From NCBI RefSeq assembly GCF_016835505.1, contig NC_053155.1, forward strand, positions 74,724,088 through 74,788,087: DNA of 64,000 nt. Direction: 5' to 3'. A model generated the notes under the pieces. It worked only from the letters and a program-made list of their open reading frames with translations. It was not told the origin of the DNA and did not search any database. This document shows positions 60,181 through 64,000 of the stretch, piece by piece (within the stretch, counting starts at the first letter, position 1; each line of letters opens with the position of its first letter). Both the position numbers and the translations under genes were made by a program. This DNA is from Polypterus senegalus. Lineage: Eukaryota.

Positions 60181-60759
60181 TTGTGGACTTGAACCCGGAC
60201 ACAGGCGGACATCGTAAGTTCACCCAACACACGTTTATTTACAGTTATATCTACAAATTAGTGCACACAAACCCCAGTGCCACTTGCACCGATCCCCCAA
60301 AGTCCAGGCCACACAGTCCTTCGTGCCTCTCTCTCTTGGCCGCCTCTAGTCCTCTCTCAGCTCTGTCCACTTCCACCCGACTTCCGCTATCGACTGAAGG
60401 GAGGCGGCCCCTTAAATAGGAACCCGGATGGGCTCCAGCTGCTTCCCGGCATTCCTCCGCAGACACGCCCCAGTGTGGCAGAAGTGCCGGCTGCACACCC
60501 GGAAGCCATCCGGGTGTCCCCTGTCATCTTCCCCCCAGCACTTCTTGGTGTGGCGGAAGTGCTGGGCTCCGGGGATATCTAGGCGCCAGGGCGCCACCTG
60601 GCGGTGGCCACGGGTCCCTGCAGGGCTGGGCTTCCAAGCCCTTTACCTGAGGCCCCCAACATAACCAGGGCGGACGCCACTTCGCGGTCTGGAGGAGGCA
60701 CAAGCCCTCCTCCGTCCTCCCTGCGCCCCGCCGGGCTACAGCCCCGGCTGGATGCCACA
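60181..60759 (-). mobile_element. family X LTR-like element, copy 3 (minus), flanked by TA-rich sequence on both sides
   Basis: The reverse complement is collinear with copy 1 (..GGCTTGGAAGCCCAGCCCTGCAGGGACCCGTGGCCACCG...CACTTCCGCCACACCAAGAAGTGCTGGGG...CACTTCTGCCACACTGGGGCGTG...CCTATTTAAGGGGCCGCCTCCC...CTGTAAATAAACGTG...GTTCAAGTCCACAA). The flanks are tctatatatat|TGTGG... and ...CCACAA|tatataatatatatatatatatat. Confidence 0.6.
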
Positions 60760-60785
60760 ATATATAATATATATATATATATATT
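60760..60785. repeat. (TA)n microsatellite abutting family X copy 3
   Basis: tatataatatatatatatatatat is read directly. Confidence 0.9.
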
Positions 60786-61899
60786 GTCACGCATGCATGT
60801 ATGTGTACCACTCTCTGGGCTCATCTGAGATATGTACTACCACCTCGGGTCGAGAGGGGACGCTGACACTAACATTCTCCTGTCTTGTTCCCTCCAGAGC
60901 ACAGAGAAGACACAAAGTGAATGACAAATGACTCTCTCCCATCCGGACCCTTCCCAATAAATCCTCCACCAAACTTACCATAGGACAGAGGTTCTTCCTA
61001 GCGGTAGCAACCCTTCACAGCCTGATGACAACTTTGTTCAATAAATTTTCAAAAGTACTGGCACACATAATGACCCTTATTTTCATTGACAGGGACAAAC
61101 GGGTTGGCACTCGAGCATTTTTCAGTGTTGATGTTCAGTCATATATGTCCATTCTTCACAAAAGCTTGAAATTAAAAAGTTTTTGTCAGCCAGAAATACA
61201 AACTACTGTACGTGTGGTGATTAAATTATAAAAAAATATATATACTGTATGTATAATTTCTGGGTAGAGTATCCCTTTAAGAAGTGTAAATTGAATTAGA
61301 ATAAGTCTTGGGATGCATTGGGTCTTTTTCAGCCGCTGCTTTCTCTTTTTTGTAAAGTGGTCACCAGAACTGCATACAACACTCCTGCTGCTGTCTCAAT
61401 GGCATATTATACAGTTTAAGTATACAATCCCTTGGTTTACATTGAACAGTTTTTACAATATAACATAAAAATGTATTTGCTTTTTTAATTGCTTCTGCAA
61501 ATTACTTGGACGATGAGAATGCTGTAACAATGAAATTTTCCAGGGTTATATTTTTTTCTGTTATAACTTCTGGATAATTTTATTAGCCTCTCATAAGGAT
61601 TGCATATATGTGCTTATTGTTATTTCTAATTCTGGCTTAAAAATTATAGAAATTATTTCTGTTCCATGTTGAAATTACTGCAACACCATTTTTGTTTTGG
61701 GCACCTCTAGGTTGACCACATGTGGATAGATTTTCTAAAAACTCTTGTGTGTTTTTAGTTTAGATTTTATGGAAAACCACGTAGTGACTGTGTTTCTAAT
61801 TTAATTTTATGTTTTTTTTGGTTTTTGATGAAAGATAGGACTGATTTCTGGTTTTGACTTTGCCTTATCCTCTGACGGGTCTGTCTCAGCCTTCGTCCA

Positions 61900-62170
61900 C
61901 TGTCCAGGTCTTTTTGAATCATTTTTCCTACCTCCTTAGTATTTTAGCGTCCTCTGCAAATTTAACAAGTTTAAAAATTATGCCAGAATGAAATTCATAA
62001 ATGTATATTAGAATAAATAAAGGTCCATGGACACAGCTGAGAGGCATTTTGCCATCGCCTGCCAAGTAACCAATTTGAAATCCAGTTTCTCTGACACCAA
62101 TGGCTTCCAGTTTCAGAATTAACCTCTGGTGCAGAACTCTGTCACCGGCTATCCAAGGGTCCAAATAAAT
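61900..62170 (-). mobile_element. CR1/L2-type RT fragment (domains around the FADD box)
   Basis: The minus ORF 61928-62164 reads ..SCVHGPLFILIYIYEFHSGIIFKLVKFAEDAKIL against the CR1-type ..VLGPLLFNIYINDL..GI.S.L.KFADDTKL. Confidence 0.4.
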
Positions 62171-62199
62171 GATGCTGTATGCTTAGCTTTTGACTACGT

Positions 62200-64000
62200 G
62201 CGACTCCTAGAGTTATGGGTGCAGCACAGATTCCACTTGCAGACATTCAGCCTAAAAGGAAATTCTGACTTCTCCTGCACAGAGGACAGTAAATCCTTGA
62301 CCTGCATATATCAAGTGCAACATAAGGACGAGACAAGACATTCCACGTGCCTACCTGGATGGGCCGCCTCTAATTGGGACCTGAGTGCTGCCATGCAGCG
62401 GGCAACGCCTCAGCACCACACCAGTTCTGATCCCCGACGGGCCTGACCCCACTGGCTCTCGGACGGTTTTGACTCCTCTGGTGATGGGGCTCCCGAGGGC
62501 TTTCCCCCATCCTCTTCATAATGCAGACAGCCTTCCTATGGTCAGCTGCAGCAGAGCTACTCCCATGGAGAGTAGAAAGGAGTCCCCTCTTTAGTCTCAA
62601 ATCTGCATGAAGTTTTTTTTATGGTGACTAGGGTGCCAATCCTGCCACCAACCCCATTAATTTCTCTGTAAGTTGGAGGACTACTTGCAGGGCCAGATGC
62701 AGTTTAATGTCATACCAGGACTCCAACTAGCTGTGAACTACCCAATCTCACTGAGATTGCACAGGTGGTGAACCAGCTGAGGGCAGGGACAGCTGAAGGG
62801 ATCTGTGGTAGCCGAGGTGAACTTCTCCAGGCTGGCGGTAAGGCTGTCCTCCTGGCCATGTAAGCAATATTTGCTTCCAACTGGGTGACTGGCATCATCC
62901 CAACTTATCATCCCTATCTGGAAAGGGACGGGTGATTGCATGAATTGCAGCAACTACAGGGGGATAAAACTGCTCTCAGTGCTGGGTAAGATCCTTGCTA
63001 GGATCATCATCAGTAGGATCCGTGATCACTTGCTCACCTACCAGTGACTGGAACAGTCTGATTTTACGCATAAGAAATCTACCATTGACCGCATCCTGCC
63101 CATGAGGGTTCTCATGGAGTGCAAACGCGGATATCATCAGAATTTCTTTGCAGCCTTTGTCGATTTTTGCAAAGCGTTTGACTCAGTTGACCGAGCTGCC
63201 CTGTGGGACATCCTGAGACTTCGCGGGATCCCCTCGAGGTTGCTGGATATCATGGCCGGCCTGTACACTGGTACTGTGAGTGCTGTGCAGAATGGAGGCA
63301 GGACCTCTGCGTTTTTCCCAGCTGATTCTGGGGTTTGTCAGGGGTGTGTTCTTGCTCCTACTTTGTTCAATATTTGTATGGAATGGGTGTTGGGCAAGGT
63401 CATGGGGTCCAGTGGCTGTGGGGCATCTGTTGGTGAAGAAAGGTTCACGGATCTTGACTTTGCTGACGATGCTGTGATCTTCGCGGTGTCAATGGTGGCT
63501 CTGATCGGTGCTCTTGAGAGCCTGAGCGAGGAGTCTGAGTGTCTGGGCTTGCGAGTGTACTGAGTAAAAACCAAGATCCAGGCCTTTAATGACCTCTTGG
63601 GTACAGCCATCAGCAGTGTGTCTGTTTGCGGAGAAAGTGTTAACCTTGTTGAGAGGTTTACTTACCTTGGCAGTGACATTCATGTCTCTGGTGACTCTTC
63701 CTGTGAAGTCAGTAGATGGATTGGAAGAGCATGGGGGGTCATAAGGTCGCTGGAAAGGGGTGTTTGGTGCTCCCGATATCTATGCAAAAGGATGAAGGTC
63801 CAAGTCTTTAGAGTCCTGGTGCTTCTTGTCTTGTTATATGTTTGCTAGACATGGGTGATATGCAGTTACCTTAGATGAAGACTGGACTCCTTTGGTGCTG
63901 TGTCTCTTTGGAGAATCCTTAGGTACTACTGGTTGGACTTTGTGTCGAATGAGCGGTTGCTCATGGAGTCCCAATTGAGGCACATTACCTGCATTGTGAG
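62200..64000 (+). mobile_element. RTE/Rex3-like LINE (RT region, frameshifted upstream of 63.1 kb), continuing beyond the window end
   Basis: 62900-63100 translates to ..NYRGIKLLSVLGKILARIIISRIRDHL...DFTHKKSTIDRILPMRVLMECKRGYHQ, followed by ORF 63102-63563 (FAAFVDFCKAFDSVDRAALWDILRLRGIPSRLLDIM...GVCQGCVLAPTLFNICMEWVLGKV...FTDLDFADDAVIFA) and FTYLGSDIHVSGDSS...KRMKVQVFRVLVLLVLLYVC.TW...ERLLMESQLRH. This matches the RTE pattern (W.GITLLSV..K......R.....QAGFR.GRS..D.IF.LR...E; FIDFKKAFDSV.R..LW.IL...GIP.K; DLDFADD; EF.YLG; KIRIFRSNV..VLLYGCETW). The 5' limit is uncertain. Confidence 0.6.

Overview
This is vertebrate (fish-type) genomic DNA, AT-rich and dominated by transposable-element remains; there are no prokaryotic-style genes, rRNA/tRNA genes or CRISPR arrays.

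**Retroelements.** I recognise at least six LINE copies of different clades:
- a CR1/L2-superfamily element at the window start with an intact 315-aa esterase-type ORF1;
- an RTE/Rex3-like copy on the minus strand (~4.8-5.8 kb);
- an L2-type RT fragment (~27.9-28.8 kb, minus);
- a Rex1/Babar-like RT (42.0-45.1 kb, plus);
- a near full-length L1 (46.1-51.9 kb, minus) with ORF1 and ORF2;
- an L2-clade EN+RT copy (55.3-58.2 kb, plus);
- an RTE-like copy running off the window end (from ~62.2 kb).

Smaller pieces include Tc1-like and mariner-like transposase remnants, a 1.29-kb TIR DNA transposon with TA target-site duplication nested inside the Rex1-like RT, and about six copies of a SINE-like family widespread in fish.

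**Most notable repeat.** An unclassified GC-rich ~570-bp element occurs five times with TGT...ACA termini and a promoter-like layout (tandem CCGGAAGTG ETS-type motifs, a TATA-like box, AATAAA). This resembles solo LTRs. Three copies directly abut long (TA)n microsatellites.

**Host gene.** Between ~16.6 and ~32.1 kb on the plus strand I can join six canonical-splice, phase-consistent exons of one gene. It encodes a proline-rich, FG-dipeptide-rich protein of unknown identity (possibly nucleoporin-like), ending in a terminal exon followed by an AATAAA signal. Other structures worth a look are a ~55-bp-arm perfect palindrome with a (TA)7 centre, a ~315-bp A-rich tandem repeat, and several microsatellites.

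I could not run any database search, so every family assignment rests on recognised protein motifs and in-window self-similarity.
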